From the IMG/VR virus record IMGVR_UViG_3300019124_000003, positions 1-64,000 of that record: a stretch of 64,000 bases of DNA. One strand, 5' to 3'. Positions within the stretch are counted from its first letter, which is position 1, and each line of letters opens with the position of its first letter. The stretch is from a virus. Positions 47,058 through 55,913 of this stretch are shown here, one piece after another. The notes below the pieces were generated by a model, which saw nothing but the letters and a program-made list of their open reading frames with translations, was not told the origin of the DNA and made no database searches. A program made the translations under genes and the position numbers.

Positions 47058-47777
47058 TCAGTGCTGAACCCGGAAAGCCCGGACCTGAACGTTGGCACCC
47101 TCGCCGGCGAACTTCGCCTGGAGACGCTGGAGGAGCGCCGCAATCTCCGGCGGCATGTCGTCGGCGCCGACGGGCTGGATCTGGTCGGCGTTGACGCCGA
47201 CCTGCTCGGCGATCTGCGAGCGAATGAAGGCACCTTCGCCCGTCATGGCATCGACCTTCGGATCGACCGCATCGGCCGGAGCCTCGAAGTTCTGACGCAC
47301 GGCTGCCTGGGCCTCGTGCTCCGCCTGGCACTCGGGACAGTCGCATTCCTGCTGCGCCTCGGCGAGCTTGCCCGCGAGAGCCTGACCGAAGATCGCCTGA
47401 AGCAGGTTCTCGGCGCCGCGGCGAGCCGCCTCGTCGTTGTCGCGGGCCGCGGCCTGGGCCTGCTCATTCTCACGCATGGCCGAGATCAGGCCGGCCTGGA
47501 CGTTCGCGGTGGCGAGGATCCGGGCGATGGTCGGGATACGATCGGCGAGCGCATCGACCTCCTTGAGGTTTTCGAGCGCGAGGCCCACGAAGAGAGCGGC
47601 GTTCTCGATCTTGCCGACCACATCGACCCCGAGAGCCTCGCGCTGGGCCTGGTCGCGCAGCCCGGACGGCATCGTGCTCAGGGACTCGGTGTAAGCCGAG
47701 AGGGTGTCTCCGCCTTCGGTGAGGGCGTCGAACAGCTCGGAATCGGCGAAGCGGAAACCATTGGCGTTGCGAAGCAT
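47058..47777 (-). CDS. hypothetical protein (239 aa)
   Basis: Start MLRNANG behind class-2 promoter; CDCPEC pair. Confidence 0.7.
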   Translation of the reverse strand: MLRNANGFRFADSELFDALTEGGDTLSAYTESLSTMPSGLRDQAQREALGVDVVGKIENAALFVGLALENLKEVDALADRIPTIARILATANVQAGLISAMRENEQAQAAARDNDEAARRGAENLLQAIFGQALAGKLAEAQQECDCPECQAEHEAQAAVRQNFEAPADAVDPKVDAMTGEGAFIRSQIAEQVGVNADQIQPVGADDMPPEIAALLQRLQAKFAGEGANVQVRAFRVQH

Positions 47778-47831
47778 GTGTGAAGTCCTTTCTAGCTGCG
47801 CGTTGCTGTCGTAAGTCATTGCTGACTGTTC

Positions 47832-47855
47832 ACTTATAGCGAACAGTCAGCGGGT
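47832..47855 (-). promoter_or_regulatory. class-2 phage promoter
   Basis: CACCCG-N10-GCTATAAG upstream of 47058..47777. Confidence 0.5.
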
Positions 47856-47878
47856 GTGTCGTGGAAACGCGAAGGATT

Positions 47879-49600
47879 TTACTTCGCCATCTCCTTCTCG
47901 AATGAGGTCACGTTGGCGATGACCTTCTCCAGGGCCGGCAGATCGACCTTCGTGCCGCCCGCCTTCGCGAGGGTCTGGGTGAGCCGGATCACGTTCTTGA
48001 TCTGACGCCCGTTGATGTCGTGCGTGGCGAGCTTGTCGATCTCGGACGCGTCCAGCGTGATGCCGGCAGCATCGAGCAGGTTCGTCCAGATCTTCCGACG
48101 CTTGTTGTTGTCGGCGCCGTCGAAGCGCAGGGCCATCGAAATGCGCGAGTAGAAGGCGCGGTCGATGTTCTTGATGCGGTTCGTGGTCAGGAACAGCACG
48201 CCCTGGTGGTATTCGAGCAGGCGCAGGAACACGCCGACCATCGCGTTGCGCAGGATGTCCTTCTCGTCGCGGGCCTCCAGGAAGATGTCGGCCTCGTCGA
48301 GCAGGAGCACCGCGTTCCAGACGGTCGCAATGTCGAGGATCTCGCGGAGCGTATCCTCGAGCTTGTCCGGGTTGGTGCCCAGCTCACCCACCGACACCGA
48401 GTAGAGCGGACGGTGCAGGAGCTCGGCGACCGTCTCGGCCGTGAGCGTCTTGCCCTGCCCGGGCTCGCCGTGCAGCATGAAGATGCAGCCGCCCGACTTG
48501 CCGTCCACGATGTCGGAGAACGACCCGCCCGAGTGCTCGACCAGGGCCCGGATCATCTCCTTCTTCTCCGGGTCCAGCACCAGCTTGTCGAAGGCGCCGT
48601 CGGCCCACTGGATCTCACTCATGCCCTCAACCGGCATGATGCCCCACTGTTTCGCCCGGAACGAGAACCCGAACAGGTAGGGCCAGGTCATGTAGAGGTT
48701 GTCCTCCGTGATCTGAACCTCGTTGTCCTTCTGGGTCTCCGAGTTGTCGTATTCGAGGCCGATCATGCGGGCGCAATCCCGGAAGGTCTCGGAATCGATG
48801 CGCTGCATGGACTTCGAATCGACCATCACGCGGCCGTCGGCGCGGTAGGTGCGATCGCCCCACCAGGACTTCTGCGTGATGAGGCCCTGGAACGCGACGA
48901 AGTTGGCGCCGGTGGCGAACTTCTGGAACTTGCGCCCGCGCTCGTTGAGCTTGTCGCGCATCTCCTTCGTGAGGATCTTGACCGGCAGGGCCGAGATCTC
49001 CTTGAGGCCGCCCCACGCATAGACCTTCGCGTTCGTCGTGCCCTTCGCCACGAAGCCGTTCATGGCGTGCAGGACCTCGACCTTGATCTCCAGGTAGCGA
49101 CCCATGAAGAACGAGGACTTCTGCGCCACGGAGACGACCTTGCCGCCGAGATCATACTCGCCGTCGGACCAGGTGACGGGCGTATCCTTCTCGTAGATGT
49201 AGGAGAGGTCGTCGAACTCGATCAGGCCCTTCGCCACGCGGGTCATGATGGACTTCGCCTGCTCGGCGCGATGCTTGTCGATGAAGTCGAGCGCCGGCTT
49301 CCAGTCCGGGAACGGCTCGAAGCCTTCTTCCTCCCACTGGGCCCGGATCGCCGGCAGCATCTTGGCGATGTAGTCGAGCGGATAGACGTGCTCGAAGCTG
49401 CGCGCCCGATGACCCTCGATGTCCACCAGGGTGTAAAAGAGCTTGTTGCGGAACTCGTGGTCGCGGACCGCCCGGCCCGCGAAGGACAGATAAACGTCCG
49501 CCCCGACCTCGATGATCTGGAACGCCTTGCCTTCCAGGACGATGATGTTGCCGCGCTCGTCGCGCTTCGGCCCTTCGGCCGCGTTCACTACTGCCAGCAT
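47879..49600 (-). CDS. AAA+ ATPase with large N-terminal domain
   Basis: Walker A GEPGQGKT, Walker B LLLDEADI, classic AAA second region of homology. Confidence 0.85.
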   Translation of the reverse strand: MLAVVNAAEGPKRDERGNIIVLEGKAFQIIEVGADVYLSFAGRAVRDHEFRNKLFYTLVDIEGHRARSFEHVYPLDYIAKMLPAIRAQWEEEGFEPFPDWKPALDFIDKHRAEQAKSIMTRVAKGLIEFDDLSYIYEKDTPVTWSDGEYDLGGKVVSVAQKSSFFMGRYLEIKVEVLHAMNGFVAKGTTNAKVYAWGGLKEISALPVKILTKEMRDKLNERGRKFQKFATGANFVAFQGLITQKSWWGDRTYRADGRVMVDSKSMQRIDSETFRDCARMIGLEYDNSETQKDNEVQITEDNLYMTWPYLFGFSFRAKQWGIMPVEGMSEIQWADGAFDKLVLDPEKKEMIRALVEHSGGSFSDIVDGKSGGCIFMLHGEPGQGKTLTAETVAELLHRPLYSVSVGELGTNPDKLEDTLREILDIATVWNAVLLLDEADIFLEARDEKDILRNAMVGVFLRLLEYHQGVLFLTTNRIKNIDRAFYSRISMALRFDGADNNKRRKIWTNLLDAAGITLDASEIDKLATHDINGRQIKNVIRLTQTLAKAGGTKVDLPALEKVIANVTSFEKEMAK

Positions 49601-49650
49601 TCGTTGCTCCTCTATAGCTGTGCGTCTCGTCAGTCAGCGCTGACTTATCG

Positions 49651-49674
49651 AACATAGCAAGCGCTGATCGGCTG
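49651..49674 (-). promoter_or_regulatory. class-2 phage promoter
   Basis: CAGCCG-N10-GCTATGTT upstream of AAA+ ATPase. Confidence 0.55.
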
Positions 49675-49699
49675 TGCGTCGGAATCGATGCGGAAAAAT

Positions 49700-50098
49700 T
49701 CACACACGGACGCGGCCGGGCTGGAGCTTGAAGTGCTGGAACGGCAGGTAGCGCTGGAGCGCGCCGCCCCGGGCCTCGTAGTTGAGGATCTTGGCCGCGG
49801 AGCGGTCGAAGAACTTGTCCAGCGTGGTCATGTAGACATCGTTGGTGTCGCGGACCTTCACGCCCACGAACTTGATGCCCTCGGCGCGCATCCGGATCAG
49901 GTCCTCCTCGTCGATGGCCCAGCAGGCCGTGCCCTTCCGGATGGCGTCTGAAATGGTCTTCTCGCCGGACCGGAAGATGTCCTGAATCCGGCGATAGGCG
50001 AGGTAGCACCGCTTGCCGCTAGGAAGCGTGTATATACCGCCATAGACCCTGCGGCCCTTCTTGACCTGTGTGATCGTAACTTTCTTTGAGCGCGCCAT
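49700..50098 (-). CDS. hypothetical basic protein (132 aa)
   Basis: Only in-frame start; overlaps the ASCH gene end by 80 nt. Confidence 0.6.
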   Translation of the reverse strand: MARSKKVTITQVKKGRRVYGGIYTLPSGKRCYLAYRRIQDIFRSGEKTISDAIRKGTACWAIDEEDLIRMRAEGIKFVGVKVRDTNDVYMTTLDKFFDRSAAKILNYEARGGALQRYLPFQHFKLQPGRVRV

Positions 50099-50519
50099 GT
50101 GGATCCCATTCCCAGATGCCCTGCGCGCCGCGGGCGACGACCGGGTGAGGGAAGGGCATCGGGCGTCTGACGCGCCAGGCGTAGCGACCCGGGGTGAACC
50201 AGCCGAAGGCCTCTTCCTCGCTCGTTATGTCGTCCGTGAAGTCGGCCCCGATCGGCTCACAGTCGAACAGCTCCACCGTGCCTAAGATGCAGCCCTTCGG
50301 CAGCTCGTCGAGCTCCGGCAGGCCCGTCTGGCGGTAGTAGCGCTGAAAGTTCGGATCGAGGTAGTGGACGCGCTGCTCGGGTTTGACGGTCTTGGTCGCC
50401 GCGATCCCGATCCGCTGTCCGATCACCGACTTGGGCGCAGGCCATCCTCTTGTTTCGATGACCTTGTGGCCGTGGACGATCAAAGATGCCCACGGCTGCC
50501 AGATGCTTATGACCTTCAT
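50019..50519 (-). CDS. ASCH-domain protein
   Basis: ISIWQPWASLIVHGHKVIETR N-terminal ASCH/PUA-like block. Confidence 0.75.
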   Translation of the reverse strand: MKVISIWQPWASLIVHGHKVIETRGWPAPKSVIGQRIGIAATKTVKPEQRVHYLDPNFQRYYRQTGLPELDELPKGCILGTVELFDCEPIGADFTDDITSEEEAFGWFTPGRYAWRVRRPMPFPHPVVARGAQGIWEWDPHGALKESYDHTGQEGPQGLWRYIHAS

Positions 50520-50583
50520 CGCGAATTCCCTGCTCTGTCTGTTCGACAGATAGGGCTATTCGCGATTTAGCGAAAGAGGAGGC

Positions 50584-50817
50584 TTACTCCTCTTCCACGA
50601 TCTCCTCGTCGTCGAGGACCTTCTCGACCTTCTTGACGAACGGAGCGCCCCAGGGGCTCATGCCCGTCTCGGTCCATTCGACCTCGGTGGCCTTCGTCCG
50701 GGCGATGGCCTTCGCCGCGTCGGCCGCCTCCTCCTTCGAGGGCGCCTCGACAGTCACGGTGGCCCGCTCCGTCACGGTCGCCTCACGCTCCAGGTCCACT
50801 TCGAATACAGGACTCAT
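50584..50817 (-). CDS. hypothetical acidic protein (77 aa)
   Basis: ATGA coupling at MSPVFEV. Confidence 0.6.
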   Translation of the reverse strand: MSPVFEVDLEREATVTERATVTVEAPSKEEAADAAKAIARTKATEVEWTETGMSPWGAPFVKKVEKVLDDEEIVEEE

Positions 50818-51092
50818 TCCGCCTTCCATCCTTCCGTTGCGTGACCGGTGCCGGCAGGCTCGCCCGCCTGGACGCCCTCGTAGACGAGGAGCGATCCGAT
50901 CGCGGCGCCGACGGCAACCGACGTAATCTTGCCGAGCGCGTCCGAGTCCGACTTCTTCGGCTTGGAAGCCTTGTAGGTCTTCGACGAATAAGACTTGGAC
51001 GAGAACGACTTGCCGCCGGAGCGGCCGCCCTTCGCAGCGGCCGGAGCCGCCGCGAGGGTCAGGGCAAGGGCGAGAGCGACGGCCCGGATCAT
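50814..51092 (-). CDS. secreted Ser/Lys-rich small protein
   Basis: ATGA coupling; signal-like MIRAVALALALTLAAAPAAA. Confidence 0.6.
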   Translation of the reverse strand: MIRAVALALALTLAAAPAAAKGGRSGGKSFSSKSYSSKTYKASKPKKSDSDALGKITSVAVGAAIGSLLVYEGVQAGEPAGTGHATEGWKAE

Positions 51093-52189
51093 GCCGCATC
51101 CTTCAGGTCGTCGCCGGCCTCGATCTCGGTCGAGAGCGCCGCGATCTCCTCGGCGCTCATGGTCTCGCCGTCGAAGGACTTCGGCAGCAGCGCCAGGAGC
51201 TCGCGCATCTTGTTCTCGCGCTGGATCAGGCGCGCGAGAGCCTCCTTGCCGATCTGCTTGCCCTCCCACTCGACGAAGCCAGGCCGGCCCTTCTTGAGAA
51301 GACCCTGCGCCTCAAGAAACTCGACCGTCGAGCGCTCCACGTCGAAGCGGCCGGTGCCGTCGGGCTGGAACATGAAGCGATAGGTCGCCTTCTGGAACGG
51401 ACGCGTGACCTTGTTCTTGATGAACTTCGCCGTCACCTCGTTGCCGATGATCTCGTCGCCCTGCTTGATCTGCTTGGCAGACAGCATGAGGCGCTGGCTG
51501 AAGTAGAACTTCGGCGAGTCACCGCCCGGAGTCGTGGTCGGGTCGCCATACATGACGCCGATCTTGGTGCGGGTCTGGTTGAGGAAGATGCCGCACATGT
51601 CGAGATCCTCGCACCACTGGGCGAAGGCCGGGAAGTGGGCCGAGGTCGCTCGCGCCAGCGCCGTGTTGTCGTTCATGTTGCGGTCTTCGGCGTTGCGGTC
51701 CTTGCCGGTCTTCTGGTCGATCAGCACGGACTGGGGCACCATCGAGGCGAGGGAGTCGAAGACCCACACGATCGGCGAGGTCGGAGCAATCAGCTTCTTC
51801 TCGCGCACGTAGGACGCCGCCTTGACGGCGATAGTGATCGACTCCTCGAAGGTGCGCGGCTTCTTGTAGACGAAGCGCTCCTTCGTGTTGAGGCCGAGCC
51901 TCTCGGCGAGCGCATAGGAGAACGAGCGCTCGTGGTCGTTGAAGCCGGCCAGGCCGCCCCGGCGCTGCGCGTAGCCCATCGCGGCGGTCGCGAGCGCGGT
52001 CTTGCCCGCGGACGGGGGACCGGCAATCTCGATCATGCGACCGCCCGGAAAGCCGCCGTCGTAGCGGCTCGAGGCCGCGAAGTTGAGCGGCGCGAAGCCG
52101 GTGTCGAGGAAGGTCGAGACGGTCGCCTCCTCGTCGTTCTTGCCGATGACGCTCTCAAGCGCCTTTGCCAGATCTTCTGCGGATGCCAT
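51089..52189 (-). CDS. RecA/UvsX-like recombinase
   Basis: Walker A GPPSAGKT, Walker B VWVFDSLAS, RecA-fold length. Confidence 0.85.
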   Translation of the reverse strand: MASAEDLAKALESVIGKNDEEATVSTFLDTGFAPLNFAASSRYDGGFPGGRMIEIAGPPSAGKTALATAAMGYAQRRGGLAGFNDHERSFSYALAERLGLNTKERFVYKKPRTFEESITIAVKAASYVREKKLIAPTSPIVWVFDSLASMVPQSVLIDQKTGKDRNAEDRNMNDNTALARATSAHFPAFAQWCEDLDMCGIFLNQTRTKIGVMYGDPTTTPGGDSPKFYFSQRLMLSAKQIKQGDEIIGNEVTAKFIKNKVTRPFQKATYRFMFQPDGTGRFDVERSTVEFLEAQGLLKKGRPGFVEWEGKQIGKEALARLIQRENKMRELLALLPKSFDGETMSAEEIAALSTEIEAGDDLKDAA

Positions 52190-52200
52190 GTCGTGTTCTC

Positions 52201-52629
52201 CTATTCGTCAAGAAATTCAATGTCGTTCTCGTCCGGAGGCGTGAGGGCAGGGGCCTTCGGACGGGATTCGAGGTCGAGGGTCTGGGCCGGATAGACGGGC
52301 TGCTTCGAGCCGACGAGCTTGCCTTCCGGCATCACGAAGCGGGTCGGCGGCGTGATGCCCGGCGCCACGATCGTCGTGGTCGTGGGCAGGGCCGCGGTGG
52401 GATGCGCCGTATTCGGCAGGTCCATGTCGAGCGTGAACCTCTCGGCCATGTTGACCTGGCGCGCGACGAGCGCCTGGCGATGCACATTGGCGAAGGTATT
52501 GCCGATGAACTGGAACACCTTGTTCACCTGCTCGTCGTTGAGTTCGGCGCCGTGCTTCTCGAACGCCTTCAGCAGCTCGCCCAATGCCGAGCCGACCTTG
52601 TTGACCGCCTGTTCGATCTTCTGTGTCAT
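52201..52629 (-). CDS. hypothetical protein (142 aa)
   Basis: ATGA coupling with FEN gene; acidic C-terminus DENDIEFLDE. Confidence 0.7.
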   Translation of the reverse strand: MTQKIEQAVNKVGSALGELLKAFEKHGAELNDEQVNKVFQFIGNTFANVHRQALVARQVNMAERFTLDMDLPNTAHPTAALPTTTTIVAPGITPPTRFVMPEGKLVGSKQPVYPAQTLDLESRPKAPALTPPDENDIEFLDE

Positions 52630-53618
52630 GCCGCCTCCTTCATGGTTTCAGCAGGCGCGAACGGCTTGCACCATTCGTCGAGGTCAGTCAGGAATGACTT
52701 AAACATGAAGTCCTCGCAGAACTCGCCGAACTTCGCCTGATCAAACTCTCCTTTCGTGATCTTGAGCCCTTCCGGGGCCGGGACATGCTTGGAGTTGAGG
52801 TCCATCAGCATCATGTTGCGATGGAAGCGCGCGATCTTCTCCTCATCGGAGGCGAAGTCCGCGAGCTTCTTGGGCAGCTTCAGGCCCTCGGTATTGGCCC
52901 GGTTCCAGAACTCCGCGACCGAGCCGAACTGGTTCAGAAGCTCGATGGCGCCCTTCTCGCCGATGCCGCCGACGCCCGGGATCTCGTCCGAGGTGTCGCC
53001 CATCAGCGCCTTGATCTCCAGCCAGGCGCGCGGCGTCCTGACCGGAACCCATCCGAGATCGACGGTCTCGCCATCGACCTTCTTCTGCTTCATGTAGCCG
53101 AGCTTTTCCGGCAGGGACTTCGGGGTGATGTGCATCCCGCGTTGCGGGTCGAGCCAACCGACGCCGGGCTGCACCAACTGGATCCAGTCCTTGTCGCCCG
53201 ACAAGAGCAGGATCTTCTTGCCCTGCGGCTGGTAGCGACGCACCAGGATCGCCGCGAGGTCGTCGGCCTCGAGGTTGGCCGCGATCATCTGCGGCACGGC
53301 GAGCAACTTCAACGCCTGCTTGATGAAAGGCTGTTGCGACTTGAACGAGGCGCGGATCTCGGCCTGCTGCTGCTCATAAGGAGTCTCCGGCTCCTTGTCG
53401 CGATTTGCCTTGTAGTCCTTGAACGCCTGCTTGCGCCACGAGAACCCGTCCCACAGCACGATCGGCTGGAGCATCGGGAAGCGAAGGACCGCGGACTGGA
53501 GCGTTCTCAGGAATCCATAGATCGCCTGGGTCTCCTGCTCGCCGACCTTCAGCTTCTTCGTCGCGGCAGACGCATAACCAATGTTGTTACCGTCGATGAC
53601 GAGAAAGCCTTTATTCAT
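52626..53618 (-). CDS. 5'-3' exonuclease / flap endonuclease
   Basis: PIN-like N-terminus (VIDGNN, EADD) and H3TH GDTSDEIPGVGGIGEKGA; ATGA coupling. Confidence 0.9.
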   Translation of the reverse strand: MNKGFLVIDGNNIGYASAATKKLKVGEQETQAIYGFLRTLQSAVLRFPMLQPIVLWDGFSWRKQAFKDYKANRDKEPETPYEQQQAEIRASFKSQQPFIKQALKLLAVPQMIAANLEADDLAAILVRRYQPQGKKILLLSGDKDWIQLVQPGVGWLDPQRGMHITPKSLPEKLGYMKQKKVDGETVDLGWVPVRTPRAWLEIKALMGDTSDEIPGVGGIGEKGAIELLNQFGSVAEFWNRANTEGLKLPKKLADFASDEEKIARFHRNMMLMDLNSKHVPAPEGLKITKGEFDQAKFGEFCEDFMFKSFLTDLDEWCKPFAPAETMKEAA

Positions 53619-53848
53619 AGTTCGACATCCACGACGCGCGCCGGAGCCTCGTTCCAGCCATGCACACCCTCTGTCGAGCGCATTGGCGGAACCTCGTGAA
53701 CACCAACCGCGATCACGCCTTCTTCGGGAAGCTCGTCCCTGCGAAACTCGCGCCACAGAACAATCGCGCGCTCATCCGACGCTGCCGTAACGAGCTGATC
53801 ATGGCTCGTGCCATCATCGTCGGTATAGTTGATAAGAAACTGCTTCAT
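53615..53848 (-). CDS. hypothetical protein (77 aa)
   Basis: RBS AAGGAGGA at MKQFLIN. Confidence 0.6.
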   Translation of the reverse strand: MKQFLINYTDDDGTSHDQLVTAASDERAIVLWREFRRDELPEEGVIAVGVHEVPPMRSTEGVHGWNEAPARVVDVEL

Positions 53849-53861
53849 TTCGATCCTCCTT

Positions 53862-53909
53862 GAGACGAAACGGGCGGCAGAGCGCGGGGCTTGAGACGCT
53901 CTGCCGCCC
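53862..53909 (-). terminator. intrinsic terminator after the SSB gene
   Basis: 13-bp stem GGGCGGCAGAGCG/CGCTCTGCCGCCC then GTTTCGTCTC. Confidence 0.65.
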
Positions 53910-53951
53910 ATGAGGCCCGGAGGAAGCGGCTGGACCGGGCCTCAAGCTCGA

Positions 53952-54929
53952 TTAACCGGTCAGGCCGTCGAGTTCGCCCAGGAGCTCCTCGATCTCGTTC
54001 TCCGGCAGGTCGGCGCCGAAGTCGTCAGCGGCCTTCTCGGCCTTCGGGGCCGGCTTCTCCTCGGCCTTCGGAGCGGGCTTCGCGGCCGGCTTGTAGCTCT
54101 CCGGGACGCTCTCACCCATGATCTCCGTCTCGGAGACCTCGACCTCCTCCAGCACCACGTCGTTATCGACCTCCTCGACGGTCGCCTTCGTCAGAAGGGC
54201 AGCCGTCTTCGAAGCGCCGGACGAGCCGATGCTCTTCGTGGTCACGTCGATGCCGATCATGTTGGAGATCGCGATCAGCGCCTTGCGCTCCTCGCCGTCG
54301 CGGAAGTATTCGCGCTCGATCAGGGCATCGAGGTCGTGCAGCTTGTCGAGGGTCTCCTTCGAAACCTTCTTCGACTTGAACTGCGGCATCACCTTGTATT
54401 CGGTGTCGCGACCCTTGCCGGTGCGCTCGATGGTGAAGTCGTAGCCCGACTCCGGATCGACCGCGTTGCCGTAGTCGGCGTAATACTCTTCCATCATGGC
54501 CGTGATCATGCCGAACACGGTGACGGGCAGGTTGAGCGGAACCGGATCTTCGCTCTCCTCCGAGCCCGAGCGGATGCAGGCGTTGACCAGGACGGTCTTC
54601 TTGGGCTTCCAGTCCTTGATGATGGCGAGCGTCTCGTCGTCGGGAGCGACGCGGGAGGCCTTCTCGATGGCAAGATCGATCGGGCAGGTTTCGCCCTTGA
54701 TGATCTCGCGGCAGCCCGCGACGGCGACGGGCTTGCCATTCAGCTCGGTCTTGATCCAGTGGACCCCGACCTCGCGGAAGAAGACGATGTTGGAAGGATC
54801 CCAGGACGGGAGAATGCGGACGCGGGTCTTGCCCTCCTTGAGGGTGACGATCTTGCCCGAAGAACGGTTGAACTTGGTCTTCGCGCCCTTGATGACGGCG
54901 AGCATGTCAGCGGCAGATGGTGCGGCCAT
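53952..54929 (-). CDS. gp32-like single-stranded DNA-binding protein
   Basis: RVRILPSW, Cys pair C-x9-CP, YDFTIERTGKG and an acidic C-terminal tail parallel T4 gp32; class-2 promoter upstream, strong terminator downstream. Confidence 0.7.
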   Translation of the reverse strand: MAAPSAADMLAVIKGAKTKFNRSSGKIVTLKEGKTRVRILPSWDPSNIVFFREVGVHWIKTELNGKPVAVAGCREIIKGETCPIDLAIEKASRVAPDDETLAIIKDWKPKKTVLVNACIRSGSEESEDPVPLNLPVTVFGMITAMMEEYYADYGNAVDPESGYDFTIERTGKGRDTEYKVMPQFKSKKVSKETLDKLHDLDALIEREYFRDGEERKALIAISNMIGIDVTTKSIGSSGASKTAALLTKATVEEVDNDVVLEEVEVSETEIMGESVPESYKPAAKPAPKAEEKPAPKAEKAADDFGADLPENEIEELLGELDGLTG

Positions 54930-55010
54930 ACGGCTATCCTTTCTTGCGTTCGTTCGTGTTGCGATTACGGCTTGCGCGCTAGATTAGCGATTTAGCGATT
55001 TCGCTATTTC

Positions 55011-55034
55011 AATATAGCAATCTGCGAGCGGTCG
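55011..55034 (-). promoter_or_regulatory. class-2 phage promoter
   Basis: CGACCG-N10-GCTATATT upstream of SSB gene. Confidence 0.5.
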
Positions 55035-55074
55035 TGCATGTTTGAGCAGGAAAAATTTTCGGGTTCGTCCTCCT

Positions 55075-55656
55075 CTAGTGGGTCTTTCCGGCGTCGGCGG
55101 CCATCTGCTTGATGAGCCGATCGACGGTCGCGGCGGTCTCGGCTTCCGCCTCCTTGCGGCGGTTGATCGAGACCTCGCCTTTAAGCTCCTCGCGGGCGAG
55201 CAAGCCCTGCGACACCAGCATGTCCTTGCGGTGCCGGAAGGCCTCGACCGCGATCTTGGCGTTCGCCTCGATCTGCTTGGCCTCGTTGAGGGCCTTCTTG
55301 ACCTCGATCACCTGGGGATGGGTCGCGACCAGCTTTTCGAGCTGGGCCTCCGTGACCTTCTCGCCCTTCGCGGCCACCTCGTCGCGGATGCGGCGATAGA
55401 CCTTCGCCTCGGTGACTTCGAGGAGCATTTTCAGGTCGTCCACCTGGCGCGAGGCCCGTGACGACTGCACGCCGTAGTGAACGAGAAGGGACGCCTGCTC
55501 CATCATCGCGTCGGACAGGTTCGCGAGCGAATAGGTGGAATCCGCAGCCAGCTTCTTCTCGTCCACGTAGTTGCGGACTGTGACCTTGCGCACCGAGGGC
55601 CTCGGCGCGGGTGTCTCTTCGGTATCGTCGGCAGGCTCTCCGTGCCGATTGCTCAT
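55075..55656 (-). CDS. hypothetical coiled-coil protein (193 aa)
   Basis: Behind class-2 promoter; RBS AAAGGAGAAG. Confidence 0.7.
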   Translation of the reverse strand: MSNRHGEPADDTEETPAPRPSVRKVTVRNYVDEKKLAADSTYSLANLSDAMMEQASLLVHYGVQSSRASRQVDDLKMLLEVTEAKVYRRIRDEVAAKGEKVTEAQLEKLVATHPQVIEVKKALNEAKQIEANAKIAVEAFRHRKDMLVSQGLLAREELKGEVSINRRKEAEAETAATVDRLIKQMAADAGKTH

Positions 55657-55694
55657 GGGCTTCTCCTTTCAGTCAGTTCTGACTGACACTTGCT

Positions 55695-55718
55695 GACATA
55701 GCGAAACGCGAGCGGGTG
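55695..55718 (-). promoter_or_regulatory. class-2 phage promoter
   Basis: CACCCG-N10-GCTATGTC upstream of 55075..55656. Confidence 0.5.
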
Positions 55719-55904
55719 TTACTTGGACAAGATCTTCTTGACCGAGGCCGCGTAGATGAAGCCAACAATTGGCGATCTAAGCGTCTGAACCTCCGCCCGC
55801 TCGTAGATCGTCACCTCGATGTCGCTTTCGCGAGCCTTTGCGATCAGCTCGTTGAGCCGGTCCATCGCCTTCTTGATCTCGGTCGTGATTTCCTCGTCTG
55901 TCAT
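55719..55904 (-). CDS. hypothetical protein (61 aa)
   Basis: RBS TAGGAGGA just after dnaE stop. Confidence 0.6.
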   Translation of the reverse strand: MTDEEITTEIKKAMDRLNELIAKARESDIEVTIYERAEVQTLRSPIVGFIYAASVKKILSK

Positions 55905-55913
55905 CCAATCCTC

